From Glycera tridactyla (Eukaryota), in contig OZ286472.1 of the NCBI GenBank assembly GCA_965644265.1, forward strand, positions 40,672,001 to 40,736,000: a stretch of DNA of 64,000 nucleotides, written 5' to 3'. The translations under genes were made by a program, and so were the position numbers. The notes under the pieces were generated by a model, which ran no database searches, was not told where the DNA came from, and saw nothing but the letters and a program-made list of their open reading frames with translations. Shown in pieces: positions 37,290 to 50,314 of the stretch; the stretch's first letter is position 1, and each line of letters opens with the position of its first letter.

Positions 37290-38556
37290 TTCCATATAAA
37301 GACCTAGCGCAAGACGATCTCTGACTAATTGCGACCATTCTCGACATGAAGGCTAAACAAGAGAGGCTCTAATTAATTGACATCGCCACATTTTCAAGTT
37401 GAGTCATATATCCCCGAAAACCATCATATACTCAGTTGCATTTAACTTAGAAGTTGATTCCTATATAATGCCGAGGCCTAACTTAACCTATGCCGCTAGA
37501 TCATTTTGATAGCATGATTTGAATCAGTAAATGCCAAATATATTCCCTACAAACCTTTGCTGGCCCTGCATGGGCTCGGTCAATTTGAGCTAACCAGAAT
37601 GATTTATGGGCCGGAATCACCTTTTCCACTGCCTTGAATGACATAATAACACTCGTCATGAATAGTAACAAATTGATCAGTTTATCGATTGGTTTCTGTA
37701 TGGTGAAGTGGCAATGACTTGCGTAGGTTGAACTTTGTGCACTAATGCCCTGCCATCCCCTCTGACTTCTTTATCGTGTGTGCATCTGAACGATGCAGGC
37801 GAGAGGCAGTAGGCTAACTCTGCCCGTGAGCAATATATCTCACATCAATGAACTCTTATAGACTTGGTTATGGTGCGTATTTGATATATGAGAACGCGCC
37901 TGCGGCCACTTCATGCTGTTTGAAGCGCTATTGAATATCTTTGTGATTCGTTCATCATGGAATTCTCATCTTCCTCCCGCATCTCTCTCATCTTGGTCAA
38001 GATTGGTATCTTGTATGTTTTAGCAATGCAAAGTCTGCATTCTATTGTCCCTGCCACTGCTTTCCCTTGAGTAGATGGCATGACATCATATCACGATTCC
38101 CAATACCTCCCATAACCTTACCACAATGTTGCTGGTACTTCACCCCCGATGTTTACACCTGATCGAATCTCCATTACTTTTGCAACTTGACCGATTTACC
38201 AGGAGGAGACAGATGGGTGAAAAAACCCTGTAAGATAGCTTGATGTCGATCACTTAATTCAACCAATGTCAAGAGCGAGGATGCTCATAAGAACGTTTCT
38301 GAGACAGTGCATTGGCTTAGTGAAAATTGATTAGACAGTCTTCGCAACAGATATCGATCAGAAGTACTTGAAATGTTATGAAATACACTTTGGGAGTGGT
38401 ATCCTTTTCCAGATACAATTTCGGTTCCAAACCTCGTTGTTCATATAGTCTTCTTCTGAAGACATGGAAAAGGGAATGATTTTTTTCATATGTCTACGTC
38501 ATATTCTGAAACCAATATAGAGAGTGTGGCCTGCTCGAGGAATGGTTTCACCATTC

Positions 38557-39131
38557 GGCTGTTGACTGGGTCAATGGTGCTGTTGTGCCCCATCTCGGTC
38601 ATCGTCCCAGGTTACCCGGGCCGTGGCGTTATTTTCATCTCGGCTCAACCTTGTCCCGCCCTTTTTCGTTTTCCTCCTCCTATCATAAAAATAATGATAA
38701 TGATAATTAGATAATAAGACAAAGAGAGAGATGATAATAATGATAATTAATAATATATATTCGAATGGGGGTGGTGTGAACAGCCAGTTTAGGTGTTATA
38801 GCTGAAATGCTCATTTTGAGCGAAAGGTTTTGAAACTCAATGGGGAATATTTGAGATAGCTGGTGAACTCCGTATGTGTGAAAGCCATGGCTCAAGACAG
38901 TCAGAGATCACAGATATTCAAACGGGAGAGGTGTGAACAGCCAATGAAGGGTGTGAAACACTATTGAATGAATGGATGGATGGATGGATGGATGAATTAA
39001 TGAATGGATCCCGGGTAACCGCGGGCTGCCCCGTCTCAGCCACTTCATCGTGACCGAGACGAACACAGTCCCGGGTTAACCCGGGCCGATGACCGAGACG
39101 GGGAACAACAGTGCCAAACAAGTGATCAGCA
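38557..39131. mobile_element. Inverted-repeat non-autonomous DNA element, possibly PIF/Harbinger-like
   Basis: The ~50-bp arm at 38576-38625 (GGTGCTGTTGTGCCCCATCTCGGTCATCGTCCCAGGTTACCCGGG..) is the imperfect reverse complement of 39064-39115. Outer ends are GGCTGTTGAC (38557) and GTGATCAGC (39122). Two intact GTGTGAACAGCC end-like motifs lie inside, near 38776 and 38931. The superfamily call rests on remembered GGCTGTTCACAC-type termini. Confidence 0.6.
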
Positions 39132-39446
39132 ATCAGAAGACCAGTGATAACAGCACTGATTCACCACATTTCCTGCTATTCTATCTCACTCCGAATAACA
39201 AATTGGCTCTCTCTACTCAGCGTTGGCTGTGGACATCACTTCTCCTTCCCCAATGCACTTCACCAGAAGATCTCTTCACTTCATTTATTTGACTTGCTGT
39301 AGTATTCGACCCATTATTCCCATTTTTTTCTTTCCCAAATACAGACATATAACACAGGTCTCAATGGTCTGATATATGACCAGAAATATGATGCACCATT
39401 CTCAACAATACGTAACGTTAGGCTGTTAGGTTTCACCTCATTTACG

Positions 39447-40968
39447 GAATACAAGAATACAAGAATACTTTTGTATTTCCAGGGTAATGAGGGACCCGCC
39501 TTACAATCACAGCATAACATGAACGAGTCCAGCATACAGAGACATATCAAATACCAAAAAAGCCTATGTTCAGAAGTACGAAATCAGTCACTGGTAGGAC
39601 GAAGAAATAGTGAATGTAGTAGCCTGTTTTAGTAGGCTCAACCAAAAGTCTACGATTACATACACACAGGGTATACATTTTCAGGATGATGATATATGTG
39701 TCAGACAAATATTCAAGTCAGTGAGATGTGGGTGAGTATATACAATGATCATGAAAGATATCAATGGATGATATGAAAGATATCAATGAAATGAGCGGCG
39801 ATGACATTTTCAGATAGTTTTCTACAGGCAATATCACTGTCGGCAATTTACATCGGCACATATTAGATATGTGTAATACTAAGAATATATATCAATCTAA
39901 ATGGCGAAGTTCTTTTATGAATTTATTGGATGGAGGGGGATCCATCACTCCTGAATGTGGGCATTAATGTACCAAGGAATTTCATCGTTTTGCCGCTCTT
40001 ACGCGGAAATTCTTTTCTGTGAGCTCATATCTACAGCGTGGGACACCTAATACAGCTTTCTTGCTAGATCTGGTTGCGTGTTCATGATGTCTATAGATTA
40101 AATCGCATATCGGGGCACTCGGGAACTTGCCACCCTGCATGTTATCTAATATATGGATTAGTGTTATGGTCCCCTCATCGCTCATCTAGTCGCTGCACTT
40201 CAAGCTGTTGATGGAGCCTGTTGACATTATAATGTCGAGGCTTGCGAGCCATGTGTCTTAAGGCCATATTTTCTAGTTTTTGTAACTCAAAATTGTCTCT
40301 CTGGGGGAGACAATTAAATACAATGTCAGTGTAGTCAAAGAGTGGCAAGACCAGGTTCTTGTAGAGCATCATAGAGGTTTCTTGACTTAAAATAGGTCTT
40401 AGTCTACCCAAGACCCCTATCTTGCAAATCGATTTTGATCGTACATATTGGACATGTTGATTGAAAGTAAACATTTTGTAGAACATAACCCCAAGATATT
40501 TCATCTTCGTTACCTGAGATAGTTGATGTCCATCGATAGATATATCTTGATCATCAAACTGTTTTATCTTCGACGGTAGACCAAATGACATTACCTTGGT
40601 CTTAGCGAGATTTGAAGAAAGTCGCTTTGCACGCATCCATTTTGTGACAGATGTCATGACATGGGACGATCTCACATTCATATCATTCAAGTCATGGCTA
40701 CAATAGCTGATGGCGGTGTCTCATCCATACAGCTGGAACTTCATGTGGGAGATCATTTATATACAAGCTAACCAAAAGTGGACCCAGTATAGATCCCCGA
40801 AGAACGCCACACGCGATGGGCCTACTCTCTGACATAACAGCTCCAACACGAGTCTGACAAGATCTGTTATTCGAATAACTCTGGAACCAATCCACAGATT
40901 TCTTATGTAAGCCAAAGAGTTTTATGAGGAGCGCATGGTCCACCATATCGAAAGCCTTCTTCAGATCC
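39447..40968 (-). mobile_element. 5'-truncated CR1-group (Crack/L2-like) LINE with disrupted RT and putative 3' UTR/tail
   Basis: LKKAFDMVDH, WFQSY..R.CQTRV, GVLRGSILGPLLVSLYINDLP, frameshifted YADDTAI, NLAKTK, MKYLGV, LYKNLVLPLFDYTDIV, QKLENMALR and RAAKR*NSL. The putative tail is (TATTCTTG)n at 39447-39468, preceded by AAATACAAAAG on the minus strand. Assigning 39447-39960 as its UTR is inference. Confidence 0.9.
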
Positions 40969-43079
40969 GGGAGGATCGTCCCAGTGACACTCCCCCCGCA
41001 CCATTTCCTGATATCTAATAGGAATATATCATATACATGTCCAATCTGATGTCTCTAAACATAGGAAGTTAAGAATGCAGAAAATCTATTAGTCATTCAT
41101 ATATGTTGAATCCATTGATGTTCCACTTTTCCCAACATGACATTCAAAGCCAACACATACAGGATGGTCGGTGCATGCATCATGAAGAGTGTATGTGGTT
41201 GCATGTATGCGGGTGTGTGTTATCGAAAATGTAGTATGCTATGCGCCAAATGGACGAGCTAGAGGCACGGGTTCTACTGGCCAACACGTTCATATCATGA
41301 AATATTTATCAAACATCCATCTTCCTCCTGTTTGCTATAGTTCCACTGACCGATATACTCACGTTTATATGTGACCCAAGAAGGATGTGAGCTTCAATGA
41401 GGGAGAGGTAGCCTTGATAATGCATCCGCAGAATATGATGCACATGGATATATGCATGAAGAGTATGCCTGGTATTGAACTATGTCTGATATTGAACTAT
41501 GTCATGTTGAACTATGCTTGACACTGTGAGGACGATGCTGTGTTCTCGTGAGATTGAATAGAAACCTATCCCATTGATGGCGACCATGAAGCATGTTCTC
41601 TAACAATAGTTGAGTTTTATTGATCATGACGGATGGTACCGCGGCGTTATAGTTTAGCACAATGCTGATTCACCTCCACAAACAGAAAGCGTGAGTGAAG
41701 AGGTGTCATATTTCCATATCTACGCATGTGAAGGTATTATATTAGGATAATTGGCAATTTGCAGTAAAGCTGATACCCTATGTGTACTTGTTTCAACAAG
41801 GCTCATCATTGAATAGAGAAGGTGTTGCATCTCACGTTACATCGCAGGAAAACTAGTATAGAAAGGTTGTAGATACCAAAAGTGGCTGATGCGAAATAAG
41901 GATTAAATTTTGAAAGGAAATTGAATGCTGTCGAATATTCCCAAAATGCAAATCATGTAATGCGTATGTGTGCATCAACCAGGACAGAATTATCATTCAC
42001 GTTCCAGTCATTCCACTTTCCAAATTAACCTACATTTATCATCAATATCGGGGAAATTGATGTTTTCTAGTGGAATAATCCATACTTTCTAGATATTTCA
42101 TGCAGTTACTGGCGGGGACGAATTTCGAGAATGTATATTCGTCATACAGCTATGCACGAAGTGAAGAGTGAAGCCTGGCTTCCAGGGAAATTATTGATAT
42201 CAAGCTTTGAGTGCCCGCCTTGCAGTCAGTCACATTGCCAGAGGTGCCAGAGGTGGAGCCATGAGGTGAGTACATGTGTGTTTGAATTGTCGACTACTAT
42301 CAATGGACGACATTCCTGGTTCAAACTCAGCTCATGTTTGAGTTCAAGTTCTGTGAGAGTGGGGCAAGCAGGAGGAAGAGTATGCAATTGTCATACATCA
42401 GGAATACACCCGCATGATTTTCCATGTTCAAACCGAAAAAGACCATCCAAGATTTTCTCAGCATACAATTGCCGTCAACTCTATGCTCTTTGCACATGAC
42501 TGAACGAAGAAGATGACAGATGCTGGTAATTGCTGATGACAGCAATTTGGCGATCTGTTATGAATTTCCAAATATCAAATTCAAATCTTCCATGATGCCA
42601 TTGTATCTGGATGATATCTACTTGAGAACGATACATAAACATTCAGTGCTCGAATTTCCATGTTGGCACCCCCGGGATGATAATTATTGGAAGCTTAGTA
42701 ACTCCACCAATCAATGCAGAATACATCTTGTGATCGCACCTACTAGTATATCATGGAAAAAAGACAGCCATTAAGAGGACTTGCGAAAAATGTCACCATT
42801 AAACATTACGCAGGTGCTTTCATAACTGTCACGTGATGATGACAGGGCTATGTCTGGAAACTATAACACTTCTTCATAGGCCATGGTGGCTGAAACAACA
42901 TATTTATCCGAGAGACGTGGATGATGAGATCTCACCACGATACAAGTAGGTACTGATCCCAGGTTGAATGATTAAACGGGGAAAGGTCACAGGAAATCAG
43001 AGTCAGGGATCAGGATGTGTGATGGCATTGTACTGCGAGCATGGGCTTGAGTGTTAGCTTCTAGCCAGTTACATACTCA

Positions 43080-43620
43080 GATACGCTATCGTTAGATTCA
43101 GTTTGTTCATGAAGAGTAGGATGGGGTGAGTCTTAACGGCTAGCTACTGCCAACCTTTCAGGTTCCCCATCATTTTGTCTTCAGGGTTTGCGAGAGATAT
43201 ATCTGCGGGGATGCGAACATCTAGCTCTCATTGGCCAGGTTCACACGGCATACGTAACCCTAGAGTTGATACATGCCGTTAAACCCACAATGAATAGAAC
43301 GTGTCACTGTATTTTCATGACTGCGAATTATTTTAGTTTTCGGTAGTTACCCTCCTGCCATCAATGTATCATGCATGGATAGCTCAAATACCGATGCGAT
43401 AACCTCTGCAACAATCATTCATAGGATAATTTCCATTATCAATTGCTTCGCAACCCACCCGATGGCTCAGTACCCCACCCTCGAGAGCAATCATCCACAA
43501 GACACCCAAGTTATAATCATGATGTTCACCTCAATTTTGATCCCATTCATACCCACCCACACGTATATGAGCGACTAGAAAACCAGATGGGCTTCTCATT
43601 CTGTGCCCGAACAGAAGGTA
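43080..43620 (-). pseudogene. RTE-clade LINE C-terminal fragment
   Basis: TATGCCGTGTGAACCTGG (frameshifted YACETW, 43235-43252 minus), then CTCGCAAACCCTGAAGACAAAATG (LRKILKIKW-like). Upstream EIIL*M..ASVF resembles EIxxRI..ASxAF. Homologous to 31580-31700. Confidence 0.55.
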
Positions 43621-46074
43621 ACATAACATGAAGTGCATGTTTTTGACATGTGTTTGTTATCTACATAATCTTCTTGTTCTTTCATGTTACTTCGTTCCAT
43701 GTTCCGTACTTCACGAAAGCCTATCATTAACTCATGGACCTCACTAGGTCTGAGAGAACAAATAATTGATTGAATATTTAATCAAATATTCAAGTGCAAG
43801 TTGCATGATGATAATTAGTGTTGATATATGTCTTCTAACTAGAGGACGTTCGTATTTTCATAGATTGCTGCTGGTCACTGACTAGCTCCCATGTTTGTCA
43901 AACGTATCCACCTTCAGCAGGCATATACGTGCAAAGGAAGGGATGGAGATGTGGGTTGCATACATCATGCGAGGGACAAGTATGGGTGCATAGTTGATCG
44001 GTTGGCTGTCAGGTGATAAATAATGTATTGCCTGCTGGGCACTCTGGAGAAGAGCCTTAATTTAACGATAATGGGAGTGAAATGGCACCAGGTTGTGTGG
44101 AATATCACTCGTCCCAGTTCTCATCAGTCATCATCTCACTTCACTGAGAACGCGTATGTCTCATGATTTCCTATTCGTCAATGTCATATTCTCCTCAAAC
44201 GAAAAACGTGCACTGTTGTTTCAATGTGTGGAGTTTTAGCAAAACAATTTGCTTAAACATGACACGTGTTTCACTCAGAACAGTTAACATATCAACTTCA
44301 GTCATGGGTTGAGATCCCATTTGATTCTTCAATCTCAGATATCGGATAGGTCAATATATATGGGTTTGTACAATAATATCATGAGAATAATCATTTTGGA
44401 TGATTCCATCCACCTTTTTACCTTCTATAGTAGGGTATTTGAAAGTCATATTCCACCTTTTTCGGGGACCCGGTAGGAGAGCATATTACTATTGTTTGCT
44501 ATTATGTAGAGGCATGACCCATTGTCTCAACCAACATATTCATTCTTTTGAAGACGGCCACAGAGAGGAAAATATGAGACGATTATCACGGACTCACACC
44601 AAATGATCCCAATAATCTCTCACATTTGATAGAGAATGACTACAGAGTTGTATAGCCTGTCGATCGAAAGGAATCGCCCCACTAAGTCACCCAATTGACA
44701 TGAAACGCCTTATTTCTTTGAGACTTGTTGATTCCTATACAGATAGATTTCTCCTAATTGATCTTACCTATATTATGTCATTGCACTGGCAACCCAATAT
44801 GACTTATGAGGTGCCTAGCTCTATACCCATATCAGATATATCAATGGTTATGAGGTGGCCGTTGTGAAGTGTTGCAAAATACAGATGGTTAGACCTTCCA
44901 CATACAGTCAGAGCATGATGATTCATTGGACGTTTTGTAACCGATGTGGAACTCTTATCAGACAAAAACCTGATGACATGATAAAGTGCCAATTCAGATG
45001 CTGAGTGGTGTCGAGAGGACGTTTAACGATACTCAATCAATCAATCCTCTCTCCCGTGATGTACAGAGGATTGTATTAGTGAATAGAATGTCCCAAAGAG
45101 GACAGATATGACACGGATACTGACGAGATAAGATGCTCCCAGAAGGCGAGACGTGTGCATGCAAGAGATAATAGATACTATACTAAATAGCTAATCCCAC
45201 TCCTAAACGTAAAGTGATCCATCAGTCCATCAGGCCATTCATCACGACTCAAGTGACTATAATCAAAATGAAGGGATATTACAAAGATACTGTCATTGCT
45301 GTTGACTAGGACTCTCATGAGAGACTCCTCATCCCGACATGGTGCCATCCGTCACAAGATTCACTCTGACCTACAAGCTTGTAATGTTTCCAGGCCAGTG
45401 AACATGCATTCAATTAGGAAAAAAGGATGAAACGCTGCCTTCATGTGAGGACGGCAATTAAATGGATCAATCACAAGCGTGAATACTTGAGCCATCATTC
45501 CACTGTGTATACCATCAATCCAAGTGTACTGTACGGATGGTTTGCGTGTTGTCTGTATACTTTTAGGCTCGAGAGTAAGAGACAATGCAGGGAAGGGCTT
45601 ATGATGTCTGGTGAGGAAAATAATTGCCGGACATCAAACATTCATACCATTCTCTTCACATAGAATGGATTCATGAAAATTCCATTAGATGTGGCAACGT
45701 GGGCGAGGCTTACACTCACCCACTTTATGTTTTATGTATTTCGGACTGGTTCACCCCATAATGCCCAAATATCGCATGCCGGCATTGGCCCTGTACCTTT
45801 GGCGGATAATATTTCTTCTTAGTACCGTTCGCTTCAACCTAATTGATGAAATAGGTGATGTGTTGGATGAGATACAATCGAAGTTTCACTGTTCATCATT
45901 TATTGAGACGTTCATGTCCCGTCTTGGTATATGTGATTGTATGGTGGGCTCGTCACGTGACTCCGAATGCGAGAACTTCAAAGCACCAAGGTCAACTGCC
46001 TGAAAGAGAAACATAAGCTGACATTCGATGCATTTTATAGCAGCTGATCGATTGTGGGAATTCTGGATAGCTAT

Positions 46075-46165
46075 GGGGTGTTTCCGTCTATCTATGTGTG
46101 TCTGTGTGTTCTCCGGTCTGTATGTCTGTCTGTGTATCCATGTGTCTGTCTGTGTTCATGTTTGG
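46075..46165. repeat. Degenerate (GTCT/GTGT)n tract, HINE-like remnant
   Basis: GTCY/GTGT repeats. A similar tract lies on the minus strand at about 58075-58195. Confidence 0.55.
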
Positions 46166-47849
46166 TCTTCGCGGCTGACGTTCTCCCTTGGATCATGATT
46201 TTTGCTGGATATTGTTCTGAGAAGGAGGAGAACAGTGACCAGCTCTCATGACTCCATCTTCATTTATTTCTATATCATCGTTTTTGCCTCGCGTCGTCGT
46301 TTTTGTCATCATCGTCATCCATTTTTCTCGCGGATGTCTAGATGGTACTCGACTGTGCCTGTAGGCAAATCAGGAGATATTCTATTGGCTCAGTCGAAAG
46401 CACTGCTGCTCTGTGATTATCAGCACAGAGGAAGCTGGCTAGGTAAAATTACCGCCCTGATGAGGGAAGCAATCATCTATTATTATCGTGTTCTGTTGCT
46501 TGCAGTGAGAAGAATCATGATTTCGCTGTATCTTACAGGCATTGTATGTTTTTTGTCCTTCTGACAGCTCTAACAGAATGTATACCAGAGGCTATTCCAT
46601 CCAATCATTGCCATCTGTAGATTATAAGTACGACACTTCCCCATCTGATCCGCATATGTATATTGTACATGTTTCGTCAGATAATTCTATGTTCCGCTAA
46701 TGAAATGTTCCCCATCATTGTTAGTGATAAATGTGAAACGACTTTACGCAAAATCTGCCCCATTCTTATCCCGAGACAGCATCATATATACAGCTGAGTT
46801 CCGGAAACTTTCACATTTGGTTTGCTCTATTCGAGATATATTTCAATCCTGTGTCGAACCATAAAAAGAAAGCTTTGAGCTATCATCCAGATGATGAAAG
46901 TCATTAGGCCTCGATATGACCGCAGAATAATTTCAATGAGATGTAATACAAATTATGCTCAGAATGATGAAAATGTCTGTAGACTATTTCGTCATATGGT
47001 GGAAACAAAAACCATACATGAGTATGAAAGAAGAGCATATGGATGCTCGGTAAATTTTCTTCAAGCAACATACGTTCAATAGGGGCATGAGAACCACAGG
47101 AAGATGAATAATGTTTTCGAAATATTTCTTCAGATGTGAGTGCGTGGTAAGGGTATCAGAGAGACCTTGGATGGGTAAGCAGGAACCGATGTATCCTGCA
47201 CTGTTCTATCACTTGAAGGAAGCAGATAGTGTATCAATCTTGGTGACGGAATAGGGCGGACATTTGCCGTGCACCCTTGCCTGACTGGATTTACCATACG
47301 GATCTCAATTATACTTCCTGGTCGGAATGCCAGCTTTGATAATTGATGAACTCGAAAGCGAGTTGAAGCATCACAAAGCCTTGCACATCTCCAGAATTCT
47401 GCAATATATAGCCTCATTCACCAAATGTCTCTCATATCAGTTACAAACCATATTGTGTTCAGAATTTATTAGAGTGAAGCCGTCAGGTCACAGAGCGCCA
47501 AACATTCATGGACCGAGCTAACACAACATAAATCATCTCCTGCGTTGGTACCTGCCCTCGGACTTCAATCAATCAAGCAATCAATCGATCAGGTCAACAT
47601 CTTTTGTACGTGGTTTCAATTGGTATCCCCTGAGAAACATTCTGAGTGTGGGGAATGAGATGTCTCGATAGAAAGCCTTGTTCCTCGGGACACTAGCTTT
47701 TGCGCATAGAGACAGCCGAAACTATGTTTCTATTCTCAATTGTCCACTTGTCATTAGATATGACCAGAGAAAATAGTTCATTGTACCTCAATAATACATC
47801 TATTCAATATCGACTGAAAAGAACAGATTCGGATAGTGCCATTCAGGTT

Positions 47850-48200
47850 GGATTGAATTCATTCACTCATCTGGTCGTGTGCTTTTATCAGAGGGTATTG
47901 CAGGTCATTTCGCCCACACTTCTCGGCGCAAAAACTGTTTGCAAATCTCACAAGCTTGTGCTTCTCTACTACAAATGCTCTGCTTCGTTGGTCCGCGAAC
48001 CTCATTGATGAGAAAGCGGATCTCACGAAGTGTATTTTTCCATATATTCCCCAAACATCCCTGTGATCGGTCATCAGGTCTGGCTTTAGCGGAATATGAA
48101 GGCAATAAATATTGCAGTGAAAAAGCCGGAAAGGCACAAAATATGACCTACACACAGGGGAGACGATTACACCTTCATCCCGCCCTTCAGAAGTATTCGA
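47850..48200 (-). pseudogene. Possible RTE-like LINE fragment
   Basis: AKAR....LGNIWKN (AxARxAF..LxNIWK) and KLVRFANSFC (KLxAF..C). Confidence 0.35.
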
Positions 48201-48524
48201 CAGATGCATATCGGAACCAATTAGGACACACTGAAAATACTGAGATACATATATGTGGATTCGTATAGGGCATCATAGATCAAAGTCCCCTACCGACAAA
48301 TACGTATTATGCATGCAACTGTGAACCGATAGGTACATACAAACAGATTTTCATCAGAGAATCCCATCTATTCAATGGTCTACCGAGTTAACCGGATGAA
48401 GACCCAGCCTGTGCGACTACTTTTTGAGAAAAAACATAAATGCATTGATTGTATCACGCGAAATTTTGTAGATTCTGTAGATATTGCAATGCATTTAAAC
48501 ATCATGGTAGACAAAAGGCTCTCG

Positions 48525-48583
48525 ATCCCGTCTGTCAAATGATCTACTGAGTGCATCCCGTCTGTCAAATGATCTACTGAGTG
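48525..48583. repeat. Perfect tandem duplication, period 30
   Basis: ATCCCGTCTGTCAAATGATCTACTGAGTG occurs at 48525-48553 and 48555-48583. Confidence 0.95.
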
Positions 48584-50220
48584 GGGTCAAAGACTTGTGT
48601 GATCACCTTCATCAAAAACAGAAATGTATCGGATGTATGCCATGAATGCTTCAAACGCCTACTAGAGTTCTTTAGTCACTCCGAATTCTGTAGATTATGT
48701 TGATATTGTAATGCATTTATTCCAACAACTACTGCCCTTGCCGCTGTCAAAAATTACCTATGTATATGAGATATATATTTGAATGTCATCTCAAAACATG
48801 TCTGGTGAAATGCTGCCCTGGACTTACTCTGCCTATCTGCCAATACTTCGCATCTACCAGCCATTTTCTTCTAATGTTATTCTTGCATATAATATCCTAC
48901 ATGAACCTTGGGAATTGAAATTGTTTGAATGTATCATGATGAGTTCTCCGGGCGAGTTCTTCATGTAATTTTGACATGTCTGATATGGGATGTTACTACT
49001 TTAAATGGGGCGATGAGTCATACAATTCCCTTCCCTGGAAATAAAATCTATGAAGGCCCACAAAGCTTTGTGAAGCCCACGTCATCGATGACGACAAATG
49101 GCAATGTACATCCCCCAAATCAGCGACGACAAGGTCGATATAGATCAATCACCATAAAAATCCATCTCTTCTCTGACTATCGATCAATATGTTGGGTGCG
49201 GAGACAGTCAAGAAAAATGAGGCATTCATTTTATCATCAATCAAAAGTTGTACATCAGAAACTGAATTGCCTTGGAGTCGCCAGCCAACTATTATTCCTC
49301 TCGCTCGTGCAGCAGCCGGTTTCCATAACCTACACTTTGAAAAATCATTACAGATGATCTAACCTTATCAACCCCTGATGGGTGATCATGTTTGATATGG
49401 CTATCTCTCCATAAATGTTCTAACGAAGATATCCAAATATAACCATTCTCATCATAAAAGCTGATGTACTCAGAAGAATCGGACGTACTGTGACATGACC
49501 CTGTCCCAATACGACGCCATAATGAGACAGCCTGCGCTCGTGATTCCAGAATCTACGAGGTGAATGCAACTAACGATCTTTGACATGCGTCCACCTTCAT
49601 ATAAAGGTGTCTCCTGCCCCGGAGGCATCCCCCACTCAAGTGAACTTCTCATCCGAATCAACCACCAAGCATTGCAGGAGTGAAGGACGGTGGAGCTCTG
49701 TCTCACTCATTGACTGCAGGCTATGTGCAACTTTGAATCTAATCAAAGGTGATGTTCGCTTACGGTTATATCCTCATCATTAAGAAGTCCAAGCACAGCG
49801 TCACCGAGGGAACACTCTGAGAAGATATGTCAAATCAGATTCGACCATCTAATCATCTGATGATTCGAAACTTCCATTCTCACTTTTTCCATCATCACCA
49901 ACGCCAAGTCGTCATGGTTGTCAGTAGTTATATCCCAGTAGATGTTGTGTAATGTGCTACCCCATGTCATCCAGATATTTGTTCTACGTTACCTGCCTTC
50001 AATGAACGTGGTCTGCATGATTTTCCTCGTATGGGCAAAGGGGCACAGCCATCCATATCCTGATGTGCTGCATTGGCAGATAAGTGGTCCAATATTATAT
50101 TGGTGGAATGTGCACTCCATTTCACTTCAAGATTTCCAAGGTATACTACAGGGTGCATGGCCTCAGCAAAGTAGAGAATAAAGTCGTAGCTGATGAATAA
50201 ATAGTGCATCATTGGTAGCA

Positions 50221-50256
50221 CTAGTACTGCTTCTACCACTACTACTATTACTACTA

Positions 50257-50314
<58 letters not shown>
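50221..50314. repeat. (CTA)n microsatellite, left half of the LINE target
   Basis: Degenerate distally and a pure CTA run next to the LINE 5' junction. Confidence 0.95.

Noticed and set aside
41473-41518. Three short repeats TATTGAACTATGTC, plus small duplications at 39751-39788 and about 63306-63345, considered as CRISPR-like
   Set aside because: Units are adjacent or nearly so without unique spacers of uniform length, there are no cas genes, and the context is eukaryotic. These are ordinary slippage duplications.
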